DNA of 47,719 bases from Candidatus Nanohalalkaliarchaeum halalkaliphilum (GTDB lineage: Archaea > Nanohalarchaeota > Nanosalinia > Nanosalinales > Nanohalalkaliarchaeaceae): assembly GCA_022729315.1 (NCBI GenBank), contig JALDAF010000001.1, forward strand, positions 1 to 47,719, read 5' to 3'. The notes beneath the pieces were generated by a model, which worked only from the letters and a program-made list of their open reading frames with translations, was not told the origin of the DNA and did no database searches. Shown in pieces: positions 29,119 through 38,968 of this stretch. A program made the translations under genes and the position numbers. Position 1 is the first letter of the stretch, and each line of letters opens with the position of its first letter.

Positions 29119-29544
29119 TTACAACTCTGAAATCCCTGTTGGATACGTACCGGTGATGTATTCTGGACCGACACCGTTGCGGATAGCGAACTCATCCGTT
29201 GTATCTGAACCGTTAGACTCCCACTCTTCATAGGGGATGAGCTGCTCATACCAGCGTTCCTCCCAGTCATCGCCCTCCATCGATAAAATGTCAAACTCGG
29301 AGGCATATACCTGCTCTTTGGGAACAGATACCTCTACGGTTGGCTTCTCGAGGAGGCCCTCAAACGGAACGCTCTCCTCTGGGTCGTATAGATAGACAAA
29401 CTGATCTCGAATCCCGTCACGATTATAAGACGGCACCTCGCGCCGCGGCTTCAGTCCCTGTTCCTGGACCGTATTCAGCCACCACCTGGCCGATGTATCC
29501 GGTCCACGGAATGCATGATACAGGGACACCAACTCTTCCGACAT
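29119..29544 (-). CDS. Hypothetical protein, possible ADP-ribosyltransferase fold
   Basis: LYH...QGLKP...VYL...VEVSV...EFAIRNGVGPEYI pattern. Confidence 0.5.
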   Translation of the reverse strand: MSEELVSLYHAFRGPDTSARWWLNTVQEQGLKPRREVPSYNRDGIRDQFVYLYDPEESVPFEGLLEKPTVEVSVPKEQVYASEFDILSMEGDDWEERWYEQLIPYEEWESNGSDTTDEFAIRNGVGPEYITGTYPTGISEL

Positions 29545-29692
29545 AGTAACTAATTAGTAGTGACAGTATATAAGTTTTATGGTGGTGGGTGGTGGGTGGG
29601 GGGCAGAGGATTGATGCCAGAAAACAGTTGCATGGATTTTAAAGCTGTAAGACGTGTGGAGAAGTATGTGGCCTGGAACCGAGGATACTGAA

Positions 29693-30538
29693 ATGACAAC
29701 GGAAGACCTGCAGGCTGCCTTGCTCGACTGGTACGAGAACAATAAACGCGATCTGCCGTGGCGACACACCGCGGATCCGTACCGTATCCTTGTGTCCGAG
29801 GTGATGCTGCAGCAGACACAGGTTTCCCGCGTCATCCCAAAGTACCGCGCGTTTCTCGATGAGTTCCCCGCTGCGGAAGATCTTGCGGATGCGCCGCTGT
29901 CCGACGTGCTGAAGCTGTGGAGCGGTCTCGGCTACAACCGCCGTGCTAAATACCTTAAACAGGCCGCTGAACAGGTTGTGAACGAGTACGGCGGCAGGTT
30001 CCCCCGAGACCCGCAGACGCTTCAGGAGCTTCCCGGGGTCGGTCCGTACACGGCGAACGCGGTAGCTGCGTTCGCGTTCAACACCGGTGGGCCCGTATTC
30101 GACACGAACGTGCGCCGGGTCATGTACAGATTTCATGGAAAAGCATCGGATAGCGAACTCGAAACGTTCCATACATCGATCTTCCCCCCGGAAAAATCCC
30201 GGACATGGAACAACGCGATCATGGAGCTTGGATCCGAGGTCTGCGTGGACGGCACGCCACGCTGCAGCAACTGTCCGTGGCGGTCCGAATGTACCGCATG
30301 GAAGACGCAGGACTTTGACACGCCGGAGGTCCAGACACAGTCCACGTTCAAAGGGTCGTGGCGGTTCTACCGCGCCAAACTGCTCCGTCTTCTCATGGAG
30401 CACGACGCACTTCCCGAGGACAGGATCGCGGAAGAACTTGCTCTCCCGGATAAATATGATCTGGACGAACTCATCGCAGAACTGGTCGACGAACAGATGG
30501 TCACAGAATCAGACGGCAAATACCGGCTGCCAGAATAA
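29693..30538 (+). CDS. mutY: A/G-specific adenine glycosylase (HhH-GPD, 4Fe-4S), short form
   Basis: RDLPWR, VSEVMLQQT, WSGLGY, LPGVGPYTA, DTNV and C-x6-C-x2-C-x5-C. Confidence 0.92.
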   Translation: MTTEDLQAALLDWYENNKRDLPWRHTADPYRILVSEVMLQQTQVSRVIPKYRAFLDEFPAAEDLADAPLSDVLKLWSGLGYNRRAKYLKQAAEQVVNEYGGRFPRDPQTLQELPGVGPYTANAVAAFAFNTGGPVFDTNVRRVMYRFHGKASDSELETFHTSIFPPEKSRTWNNAIMELGSEVCVDGTPRCSNCPWRSECTAWKTQDFDTPEVQTQSTFKGSWRFYRAKLLRLLMEHDALPEDRIAEELALPDKYDLDELIAELVDEQMVTESDGKYRLPE

Positions 30539-30561
30539 TATTCGCCGGGTATCCGTACCTG

Positions 30562-31740
30562 TTACCCGTCACCGAAGTGTTCCCGGTACTGCTGTAAGAG
30601 CCGGTCCGGCATTTCATCGTACACGTACCGGAACATGTCTTCTGGATCGGGCTCCGGAAGCTGTTCAACGGCATCGATCGCCTCACTGATCTCGTCCTCG
30701 ATCGCGGTTTCCATAGCATCGATCTGTTCATCATCCAGCAGCCCCTGATCACGCAGGAACCGTTCCATCCGTGGGATCGGATCCTTGTCGTTCCAGGCAC
30801 CTTCCTCTTCCTGTCGCCGGTAAAGTGATGGATCATCTGACGTGGTATGTGGTCCGAACCGGTACAGATCGGCCTCGATCAGTGTGGGACTGCGCTCCAC
30901 GCCCTGGTTGTGCAGAAATGCATGATCTTTCTGGCCATCGATCGGTAAATGCTCTTCCAGCGCCGTATCGTCAGCGGTCCGAGCCTTCTCCGCCGCTGCA
31001 TGAACGGTCTCGTATACAGCAAGCGGGTCCATCCCATCGATGTGAATGCCTTCAAACCCGTACGCCACAGCTTTCTGTGCGATCGTGTCAGCAGCGGTCT
31101 GCTGTTCCCGTGGCACAGAGATGGCGTACTGGTTGTTCTGGCAGAGGAACACGGTAGGCGTGTCGAATACACCGGCAAAGTTGAGGCCTTCATGGAAATC
31201 ACCTTCACTGGTGGCGCCGTCGCCCAGGTAGGCGAGCGCAATCCGGTCATCATCATTCATATCAGCTGCCCACGCCCAGCCCGTTGCGTGCGGTAGCTGG
31301 GTGGCGATTGGGACCGCGGTCGGAAATATGGGTACGTCCTCCTCTGTGATTCCTTCCTCGTATCCGCTCAGCTCGGTCAACAGGTTCTCCATGCCCAGTC
31401 GAAGCATCTTGCTGGCTTCCTCCCGGTACGTTGGGAACACCATGTCATCCTCGTTGATCGCGTACAGGCTGGCGACTTGGGCCGCATCGTGGCCGGACAT
31501 CGGGGCATAGTTCTCTATACGCCCACTGTATGCCAGGTTCATCATTTTCTCGTCAAACATGCGTGCCCGCTTCAGATCGGCGTACATATCCAGAAAGGTA
31601 TCGTCCGAGACATCCGGGACGGAAGCCTCCGGCAGCACGGCACCGTTATCATCAAGGATGCGGTACACATCCTCTTCGGCCAGCGAGATATCTGGCGTAC
31701 CAGATTGCTCATCTACCGTATCATAATCGTCGATCGCCAC
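30562..31740 (-). CDS. pdhA: 2-oxoacid dehydrogenase E1 alpha subunit
   Basis: GDGATSEGDFHE...NNQYAIS ThDP motif and HTTSDDP; GTG start with GAGG SD. Confidence 0.9.
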   Translation of the reverse strand: MAIDDYDTVDEQSGTPDISLAEEDVYRILDDNGAVLPEASVPDVSDDTFLDMYADLKRARMFDEKMMNLAYSGRIENYAPMSGHDAAQVASLYAINEDDMVFPTYREEASKMLRLGMENLLTELSGYEEGITEEDVPIFPTAVPIATQLPHATGWAWAADMNDDDRIALAYLGDGATSEGDFHEGLNFAGVFDTPTVFLCQNNQYAISVPREQQTAADTIAQKAVAYGFEGIHIDGMDPLAVYETVHAAAEKARTADDTALEEHLPIDGQKDHAFLHNQGVERSPTLIEADLYRFGPHTTSDDPSLYRRQEEEGAWNDKDPIPRMERFLRDQGLLDDEQIDAMETAIEDEISEAIDAVEQLPEPDPEDMFRYVYDEMPDRLLQQYREHFGDG

Positions 31741-31848
31741 GGTTCCTCTGATCAAAAACACACAACCAACCCTTATATTAGTTTCTTGTAAGTGACAACA
31801 GAATGGTAGGATGGTAGTAGTAGGAGGCCGGATGTTCAACTGTTGCCA

Positions 31849-32868
31849 TTATCCCTGTTCCGTGCCGTCCTTGATACGGTACTGCCGCCACCTCCCCTCG
31901 CCCTCGGATACGATAAGGTTGTAATGCTCCATCTTGTTCAGGTATTTGCGGAGCATCCGTTCGGACCGTGGATCATCCACCTGCTCATCATATGCATCGT
32001 ACAGTTCCCGTGGCTGGATCGAGTCGTTTCCATCGATGATATCGTACAGAAGCTGCTGGTGGTCGTTGAGACACTCGATATTTTTCTGACGGGTCTCCTT
32101 CTGCGTTTTCGGCACCACATCATCGATCAAATCGATCTTGATCCGTTCAGCACCTTCGGCTTCGGCACGCCGAGCTGCATTCCGCAGGATTCCGATCGCG
32201 ATCCGGGCATCGCCCACCGCCACATCTGCGATATGCTCCAGCTGCTCGTGTTCGATCGCGTCCGGATGCAGCCCCCATGCTGCCCGGTCCGCAAGGATGT
32301 CCGTCAATTCGGAAACCCCGTACGCACCAAACTGGATGCGGTCACAGTTGATGAGCCGGCTGCGGATACGGTCGTCCATCCGGTAGAACACATCCTCCTC
32401 ACGGTTCGCGATCATGATGATCGCCACGTGTTCAAGCGAATACATATCATACAGCACGCGGTTATCTTCGATCTGGTCGACCTCATCAAGTATCAGGATG
32501 TAGGGACGTGAATCATACGATTTCAGTCGATCGAACAGCTCATCTGTCGGGGTGGACTGCCGGTGCACGTCCAGCGTCCGTCCAAGCCCGTCAAGCGCCT
32601 CATACAGAACGCTGAACCGGTTGTAGTTCTCCCAGCAGTTGATGTAGTGGTAGGTGATGTCCGCGGCCTCGGCCTCCAGCTGCTCCAGCGCATACTGGGA
32701 GATACAGGTCTTTCCAGCGCCTGGCGGACCGTACACGAGCATGTCCTGTGCCGGCTGTTCATGCATCAGCGGCTCCAGATTGCTGGCCAGTTCCTGTATT
32801 TGCGCATCCCTGTGCACCACTTCACGCGGGATGAACTCGTCCTGCAGCACACGCCGATCTGTGATCAT
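31849..32868 (-). CDS. cdc6: Orc1/Cdc6 replication initiator family protein
   Basis: GPPGAGKT, YINC, ILDEVD and GDARIAI motifs; C-terminal winged helix. Confidence 0.93.
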   Translation of the reverse strand: MITDRRVLQDEFIPREVVHRDAQIQELASNLEPLMHEQPAQDMLVYGPPGAGKTCISQYALEQLEAEAADITYHYINCWENYNRFSVLYEALDGLGRTLDVHRQSTPTDELFDRLKSYDSRPYILILDEVDQIEDNRVLYDMYSLEHVAIIMIANREEDVFYRMDDRIRSRLINCDRIQFGAYGVSELTDILADRAAWGLHPDAIEHEQLEHIADVAVGDARIAIGILRNAARRAEAEGAERIKIDLIDDVVPKTQKETRQKNIECLNDHQQLLYDIIDGNDSIQPRELYDAYDEQVDDPRSERMLRKYLNKMEHYNLIVSEGEGRWRQYRIKDGTEQG

Positions 32869-32951
32869 AATGTTTACTCCACCTGCACCTGTATTACCAC
32901 TTACCATTTATACCGCGTTCGCCGCCCCAGAACTATGGGGAGGAACCCCGG

Positions 32952-33101
32952 TCAGTGGGAGGAGGGAACGGGGCGGTGCCCTGCCCGTACCGGTTCGCTG
33001 TTTCGGCAGCTGTAGCAGAGCACGACGCCCAGTTTCTCTTTCCTGTCTACGTATTCGGACATGCGTAGGGTGACGGTTGAACCACAATCGTCGCAGTACA
33101 T
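32952..33101 (-). CDS. CxxC-x22-CxxC zinc-finger microprotein B, 49 aa
   Basis: Not in ORF track. MYCDDCGSTVTLRMSEYVDRKEKLGVVLCYSCRNSEPVRAGHRPVPSSH. Confidence 0.8.
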   Translation of the reverse strand: MYCDDCGSTVTLRMSEYVDRKEKLGVVLCYSCRNSEPVRAGHRPVPSSH

Positions 33102-33128
33102 TGTAGATGAAGTGTTCCCACACGCTGC

Positions 33129-33172
33129 TTATATAGGGGGTCGTGTCTTTTCCAGTAGTTCCGGAAGTACCA
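33129..33172 (-). promoter_or_regulatory. Triple 9-bp repeat plus TATA box (matches 27148-27191)
   Basis: Minus strand tggtacttc-cggaactac-tggaaaaga-cacgaccccc-TATATAA. Confidence 0.7.
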
Positions 33173-33368
33173 GGAAATGCGTGAACGGTAGTGATTTCAG
33201 TCAAGGACGCTACGGAATCCAGGGAGTGTACTTAATGGTCTGTGGTAGATACCTCGCAGGAAAGTACCATGTTCCGTGAACCTTCCTTGAACCCAAACTA
33301 TGAGGACTGTTCCGAAGTAACAACATGTGTTATCGTTTAAATGTTTTGGTACGATGTATATACCAACG

Positions 33369-34421
33369 ATGGAGGTCAATCCTGTTAAGACGTATGTGCC
33401 GGAAGAGTTGACGGAGCGCCGTCTGTCTTACGGTGATGCAGTGGATCTGAAGCTGGGTATGGAGGACAGCGAGCTGGAGATGTATTACCGTACCGGGGGC
33501 AATATAGGGGAGAATAATGTTGAGGTGCTGGAGATCGGTGAGGCGTCCAGTTACTCCAATGTGAAGCTTCCGGACCGGGTGATTGAGAAGACGCCGCCTG
33601 AGGATAAGATGGTCCGGGAGATCAGCTATGGGATTCTCGGTGATGAACTTGGAACCGGTCCAGAACTTTTGTATGTACGGGAGAAAGATGGTGAGATCCG
33701 GTATGGGATGGAGTACCTGGCGGATGCCGGACAGTTCAAGGACATCAACTTCAACGGGTTTCGGGACTTCCTTGATTACGCCCAGGCCGTTGGACAGGCG
33801 TATGGATCACTGTACGCTGCAGATATCGTCCACGAAGACCTGATCGGGATGCGTCGAGGACCGCCCGAACTCCGGCATACCCCATACCTCCGGAACATCA
33901 TGGTGTCCGGGGATGATGACGAGGCAACTATCATCGACTTTGAGGATGCGCACTTTGAAGGAGAGACGTCGCCCAAGTGCTCTGATGGCAACCACATCCT
34001 GGAGATGGAGCCGGAGAATACGGACGATGAATACGATGCACTCCGTGCCGGTCTCCTGTCCGAAGCATTGAACGGTGTGGACTACATCCATGAGAAAGCG
34101 GAGCGCCCGATCGTGAAACAGGACCTGCTCGGGTACGACCAGGAAACTGGACTGGACTATGTGGACTTTAACAAGCTCCAACAGCGTGACGTGTACAACG
34201 AAGACGTGGACGCACTCATCGTGAAGATGGAAGAACGGTTCGAGGAAGGATGGGCGAACGCCACAGAGGGATGTTCGCGTTCATTCTGCCGCAACCAGCA
34301 GCAGTCCACGATCGAACGGAACCATGGGCCACAGCGCAGACTCCGTGATGCTGCACGCGCCCGCCTCAAACAAGACATCGAACCAACAGTGGAACGATGG
34401 ATCAACGAGTTACAGGCGTGA
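33369..34421 (+). CDS. Protein-kinase-like protein (Bud32/RIO-like fold)
   Basis: GPELLYV...MEYL, IVHEDL...RNIMV and IIDFED. Confidence 0.75.
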   Translation: MEVNPVKTYVPEELTERRLSYGDAVDLKLGMEDSELEMYYRTGGNIGENNVEVLEIGEASSYSNVKLPDRVIEKTPPEDKMVREISYGILGDELGTGPELLYVREKDGEIRYGMEYLADAGQFKDINFNGFRDFLDYAQAVGQAYGSLYAADIVHEDLIGMRRGPPELRHTPYLRNIMVSGDDDEATIIDFEDAHFEGETSPKCSDGNHILEMEPENTDDEYDALRAGLLSEALNGVDYIHEKAERPIVKQDLLGYDQETGLDYVDFNKLQQRDVYNEDVDALIVKMEERFEEGWANATEGCSRSFCRNQQQSTIERNHGPQRRLRDAARARLKQDIEPTVERWINELQA

Positions 34422-34468
34422 ACTGGCCCACCTATTTCAATCTTCTTCCACAACCTCAACACAGGACC

Positions 34469-34966
34469 ATGGACCGTGACGAGTATGAGGACTATCTCGT
34501 GGATACAGCGCGTCGAATTCTTCGACGCTCGAACGAGAATCCGACGGAATCTCGTGATGCGAAAGAACTGCTGCAGGATACGCCCGGATCCGATCCCAAT
34601 GGACCGGATGATACGGTACAGCTGGAGAACGATAACCGGGACAGGCGCCGCACCGCCCACGAGCAGGTATCGGACGCGAAAAGCGCCGCGGACAGGGACG
34701 ATACACTACGAAAGAGGAAAAAAGAGGCAGATTTTCTTGCCCGCCGTCACAACACCATGGACAATACCGACCTTGAACGGTTCCTGTCCGGTACATCAGA
34801 GTTCCATGAACACCTTCGGGATGCGGACGATCTCGAGTTCTCTGACTGGGAGAACCGCATACTCATCACCGGTTCCAGCAGATCGGTAGAGGAACTTGCT
34901 GATGAACTGGATCGTGATGTTGGCACTGTAAGGCTCCAGATGAAGCTACTGGGGCTGGACCGGTAG
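34469..34966 (+). CDS. Hypothetical protein with C-terminal HTH-like motif
   Basis: SVEELADELDRDVGTVRLQMKLLGL. Confidence 0.6.
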   Translation: MDRDEYEDYLVDTARRILRRSNENPTESRDAKELLQDTPGSDPNGPDDTVQLENDNRDRRRTAHEQVSDAKSAADRDDTLRKRKKEADFLARRHNTMDNTDLERFLSGTSEFHEHLRDADDLEFSDWENRILITGSSRSVEELADELDRDVGTVRLQMKLLGLDR

Positions 34967-34978
34967 CCGAGAATATCG

Positions 34979-35443
34979 CTAGATGGATTTATCGCGATAG
35001 GCATCATGTGTGAGGAAATGCAGGTTGACATCGCTGTCTGGTTCATCCACGATATACACTGGTACGGTTTCATCGTCTAAGCTACCGAGTGATAGAAGAG
35101 TCCGGTCATCTACGCGATACATATTTTCTCCAGCCTGGTTCTTGAATAGGTCTGTAAGAAACTGTTCTGGAAGTGTGTGTGGACGCCGCAAGTGAAAGGT
35201 GGTGGGGGCAGTTGCCTCGTTTGGATCCCAGTTGGGAGAATGGTACTTACGGAACCCCAGATGCCCCATGTCAGCAGATAGTTCGGTATCATACTGGACA
35301 GTGATCTCCTTCAGTGACTGATAGGAGGGAATATTATCCGATCGAGTACGGAGTTCTGGCGTATTACTGCGTGTATATAAATTGGAACGAAGCAATTCAC
35401 GCCACGCATCTAGCGTTTCCGGATACTCGTCTTCATAGGCCAT
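34979..35443 (-). CDS. Hypothetical protein
   Basis: Acidic ORF starting MAYEDEY; TTTTAA upstream. Confidence 0.55.
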   Translation of the reverse strand: MAYEDEYPETLDAWRELLRSNLYTRSNTPELRTRSDNIPSYQSLKEITVQYDTELSADMGHLGFRKYHSPNWDPNEATAPTTFHLRRPHTLPEQFLTDLFKNQAGENMYRVDDRTLLSLGSLDDETVPVYIVDEPDSDVNLHFLTHDAYRDKSI

Positions 35444-35522
35444 GCTGAAACAACTGTTCGTCATCATTAAAAACCTCGACCGACCAAAAGATTTATATAC
35501 TACTACTGTTATGTAGTAACAT

Positions 35523-36485
35523 ATGTGGGGGGTTGGGGAAGTACACGAAAAGCTGGGTAGTGATGAGGCCCGTAAACAACTGGTAAAACGGTATGGGGAG
35601 GAAACGCCCAGTACTGAAGATGTAGATGCAGATATTGTCTATGAACCGCGGGCGAATTCAGGCCGATATATGGTGTATTGTCCGTCTGGAGACGTAACAG
35701 AGAATGAAGGCGTAGACCAACTCACTACGTATGCCGAGAATATTCTTACAGATGCTGATGTCGCTTCTGTAGATCGTATTCGGTACGACTGGCAGAATGA
35801 ACAGGCGGTTATGGAGACAGAGAGTGGTGAAGAGTATATGGAGATCATAGCGCAGGGTGAGGGCCGTCAATACGTGATAGGAACTGTGGACGGTATAGAT
35901 GTACTGCTGTATCGGGATCAAGAATCCGGGGAGAACGCGGCATACACTGAACATGGCAGAATAGATGGATGGAATCAGCTGTACGCCCGATTGGACGCTA
36001 TGGAACAGCTTGGTGCTGCTTGTGACGCTGCTGAAGATCGTGCCACGGCAGCGGAACAGGGGAAGTACACGTTTAAAGAAGGTGTGGGATTTCTCCAGGA
36101 CATAGCCGAATTGAATGTGGATCGTGAAGATGTCACGCGGAAGGTACAGGAGGATATCATTGATACTGCATTGAATGATTTGAACGCTATCCAGAAATCA
36201 AATGGTGATCGACAGCCGGTCCACAGTTTCCGAGATTTTGTGGATCAGGCAAATGTAGCGAAGTTCCTGGATGGGTATGGACTCCCTGATGTAGCACAGA
36301 TATCCTGTGGTGGCGAGTACAGAGCATGGCTTGTGGACGGAAACGACGTGGATAAGCTTGGAGACAATACGGTCTACGGTCTCGCAGTTGTTGACAAAAG
36401 CAGCGGTAACACAGGCCAATCGAACAGAAAGGACAGGATAAATACGCATGAGGATATCCTCACAGTTCTCAACAACGGCCGGTAG
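35523..36485 (+). CDS. Hypothetical protein, possible C-terminal RelE-like domain
   Basis: 320-aa acidic ORF; TTTATATA about 30 nt upstream; GGEYRAWLVD...VYGLAVVDK near the C-terminus. Confidence 0.65.
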   Translation: MWGVGEVHEKLGSDEARKQLVKRYGEETPSTEDVDADIVYEPRANSGRYMVYCPSGDVTENEGVDQLTTYAENILTDADVASVDRIRYDWQNEQAVMETESGEEYMEIIAQGEGRQYVIGTVDGIDVLLYRDQESGENAAYTEHGRIDGWNQLYARLDAMEQLGAACDAAEDRATAAEQGKYTFKEGVGFLQDIAELNVDREDVTRKVQEDIIDTALNDLNAIQKSNGDRQPVHSFRDFVDQANVAKFLDGYGLPDVAQISCGGEYRAWLVDGNDVDKLGDNTVYGLAVVDKSSGNTGQSNRKDRINTHEDILTVLNNGR

Positions 36486-36593
36486 CCGCTGTGCAGTATC
36501 GGTATCGTATCAAAATAAGCAGATATACACAGTTAAGAAAGCGTGATGAAATCACGTATCATATTTTAACTGTTGGCCGCACATGCTGTACCA

Positions 36594-37406
36594 ATGTCGT
36601 TTTTAGAGGATGATTCCAGAACTGAACAGGAGGATACTGGCACGGTCACGTTCAGGATCGATCCGCACGTGCATTCTGAAGGGTCGTATGATGCGCATGA
36701 TCCGGTTGAGTTGTTGTTGGAGCAGGCGGCGGACATCGGGCTGGACGGGATCGTTATCACGGACCATGACACGATCCATGAATCGCTCAAGGCTGCGGAG
36801 CTGGCGTCGGAGTACGGGTTGATCGGTATTCCAGGGGTGGAGGTGTCCACGCGGCATGGCCATGTCCTTGCAGTCGGTGTGGAAGAGATGCCGACCGTGG
36901 GCGCGCCGCTCGGTGATACGGTGAAGGAGATCCGGGAGTTAGGGGGGGTGGCTATCATCGCCCATCCCTTCCAGTTTACGCGTCATGGCGCTCGCAAAAA
37001 ACATATCACGGACGGGGATGCCATCGAAGTGTACAATGCTTGGCTGTTCACCGGATACCGCAACAAGCGGGCGATGACGTTTGCACGAAACCACGGATAT
37101 CCGGAGATCGGGTCAAGCGATGCACACTCCGTGCCGCTGGTGGGCCGTGCATATACTGAGATAAAGATCGATCCGACAGCGGTGGATGTCGACAAGATCT
37201 CTCCGGAAACGATCGATAAAGATATCGTCCTGCAGGCTATCCGTGATGGTTCAACTGATATACACGGCAAACGTAAACCGGTTCATACCAGCGTGATCGA
37301 CTATTCGAAAGGAGCCGGCCGGAAGACGGGATACCTGACAAAGGCGTACACGACAAAGATCGTGCGTTACACGGTGTCGTTGCTGTCATCGATCGTTGGA
37401 CGATAG
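36594..37406 (+). CDS. PHP domain protein
   Basis: DPHVHS, ITDHD, GVEVS, GHVL, AHP and SSDAH motifs. Confidence 0.9.
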   Translation: MSFLEDDSRTEQEDTGTVTFRIDPHVHSEGSYDAHDPVELLLEQAADIGLDGIVITDHDTIHESLKAAELASEYGLIGIPGVEVSTRHGHVLAVGVEEMPTVGAPLGDTVKEIRELGGVAIIAHPFQFTRHGARKKHITDGDAIEVYNAWLFTGYRNKRAMTFARNHGYPEIGSSDAHSVPLVGRAYTEIKIDPTAVDVDKISPETIDKDIVLQAIRDGSTDIHGKRKPVHTSVIDYSKGAGRKTGYLTKAYTTKIVRYTVSLLSSIVGR

Positions 37407-37409
37407 GTT

Positions 37410-38819
37410 TCAGGAGTTGAGGATCTCGTTGACCGTTCGGATCTGCAGCATGTTGGTCGTCCCGGTTACGGCTGTCGGTACGCCTGCTGTCAGTACCAGA
37501 GTATCATCAGCTTCCGCCAGTCCGTTCTCAGACAGGTACGCTACCGAGTCATGGATCATGTCGTCCGCGTATTCCGGGAACTCCATGAGATACGCCTTCA
37601 CTCCCCATACCAGGTTAAGCTGGCGTTTAATCGTTTCAGAATCCGTGAACGCCACGATCTCCGTACTGGGCCGGTACCGGGCAAGGTTACGTGCCGTGTA
37701 GCCGGATGTGGTGTGCGCCACAAGGTACCGTGCATCGATATCCTTTGATGCCTGCCACGCCGACTTCGAGATCACGTCCGCGGTATCCCTGCTTGGAGTC
37801 CGCACCGTATGATGCACGTGATCGGCGACATGCTCCTCTGCCCGTTCGATGACACGTGCCATGACCTCAACCGCCTTCACCGGATACTCACCGATCGCTG
37901 TCTCCTCGGACAGCATCACCGCGTCGGTACCATCCATGACCGCGTTCGATACATCCGATACTTCGGCCCGGGTCGCCCGCGGATGATCCGTCATCGACGA
38001 CATCATCTGTGTGGCGGTGATCACCGGTTTACCGGCGTTGTTACACTTCTGGATGATCTGCTTCTGCAGTATCGGCACCTCTTCAGCCGGTAACTCCACA
38101 CCCAGGTCACCCCGTGCGATCATAACACCGTCAGATACGTCGATGATCTCATCAATGTTATCCACGGCCGTGATATGCTCGATCTTTGCAATCACCGCCA
38201 TATCAGAGCCCTCCGATTCAAGTATGTTACGAACCGCTTCCACATCCTCCGGCCGCTTCACGAACGATACTGCAACCAGGTCAAACCCGGCCTGCGCTCC
38301 GAACCGGAGATCTTCCCGGTCCTTCTCCGTCAACCCTTCCGGTCCCACGTCGCGTTCCGGGATGCTCAGGGACTGGTGGGAGATCACCTCACCGCCATAC
38401 AGCACGGTACACACGATCCGGTCATCCTGTATTTCTTCGACCAGCAGCTCCACATCACCGTCACCAACGATGATGTGGTCACCGGTCTCCGCATCATCAA
38501 TAAACGCAGTGTAGTCCGTTGAAAGCCGGTCTGCAGTACCAGTCACAGTATCAGTAACAATCTCGAGGGTACTGTCTACCTCCAGAATGGTTCCCTCCTC
38601 CACGTCCCGTAACCGGATGTCCGGTCCCTGCGTGTCCATCATCACGGCAACGCTATCAGAACATCCATGTACCGTGTTCAGCACGTCACCGTGTTCTTCA
38701 CGGGTGCCGTGAGAAAAGTTCTGCCGGACCACGTCCACGCCACTGTCGATCAGGGATTCGAGTGTGTCCGTCGATCCTGATGCAGGTCCGATGGTGGCCA
38801 CGATCTTGGTCTTTCGCAT
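37410..38819 (-). CDS. pyk: Pyruvate kinase
   Basis: TKIVATIGPA, NFSHG, AKIE, ARGDLGVE, ATQM, TRAE and DAVMLSEETA motifs. Confidence 0.97.
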   Translation of the reverse strand: MRKTKIVATIGPASGSTDTLESLIDSGVDVVRQNFSHGTREEHGDVLNTVHGCSDSVAVMMDTQGPDIRLRDVEEGTILEVDSTLEIVTDTVTGTADRLSTDYTAFIDDAETGDHIIVGDGDVELLVEEIQDDRIVCTVLYGGEVISHQSLSIPERDVGPEGLTEKDREDLRFGAQAGFDLVAVSFVKRPEDVEAVRNILESEGSDMAVIAKIEHITAVDNIDEIIDVSDGVMIARGDLGVELPAEEVPILQKQIIQKCNNAGKPVITATQMMSSMTDHPRATRAEVSDVSNAVMDGTDAVMLSEETAIGEYPVKAVEVMARVIERAEEHVADHVHHTVRTPSRDTADVISKSAWQASKDIDARYLVAHTTSGYTARNLARYRPSTEIVAFTDSETIKRQLNLVWGVKAYLMEFPEYADDMIHDSVAYLSENGLAEADDTLVLTAGVPTAVTGTTNMLQIRTVNEILNS

Positions 38820-38968
38820 ACCTGTCTACAACCCAGCATAATCCCTTGTATGGGGACAGTTAAATCCTCTTCGGATCAGGCGGTTCGGCAGAAATCGAAC
38901 GTCACGTGTCCATGAGCACCGATTACGGTGGACGAACGATTCTTAAAGTTCCTGAAACACGTACAGGT

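Noticed and set aside
32869..33368. Replication origin adjacent to cdc6
   Set aside because: The space holds a microprotein gene and its promoter; no clear paired ORBs with G-strings around an AT-rich unwinding element.
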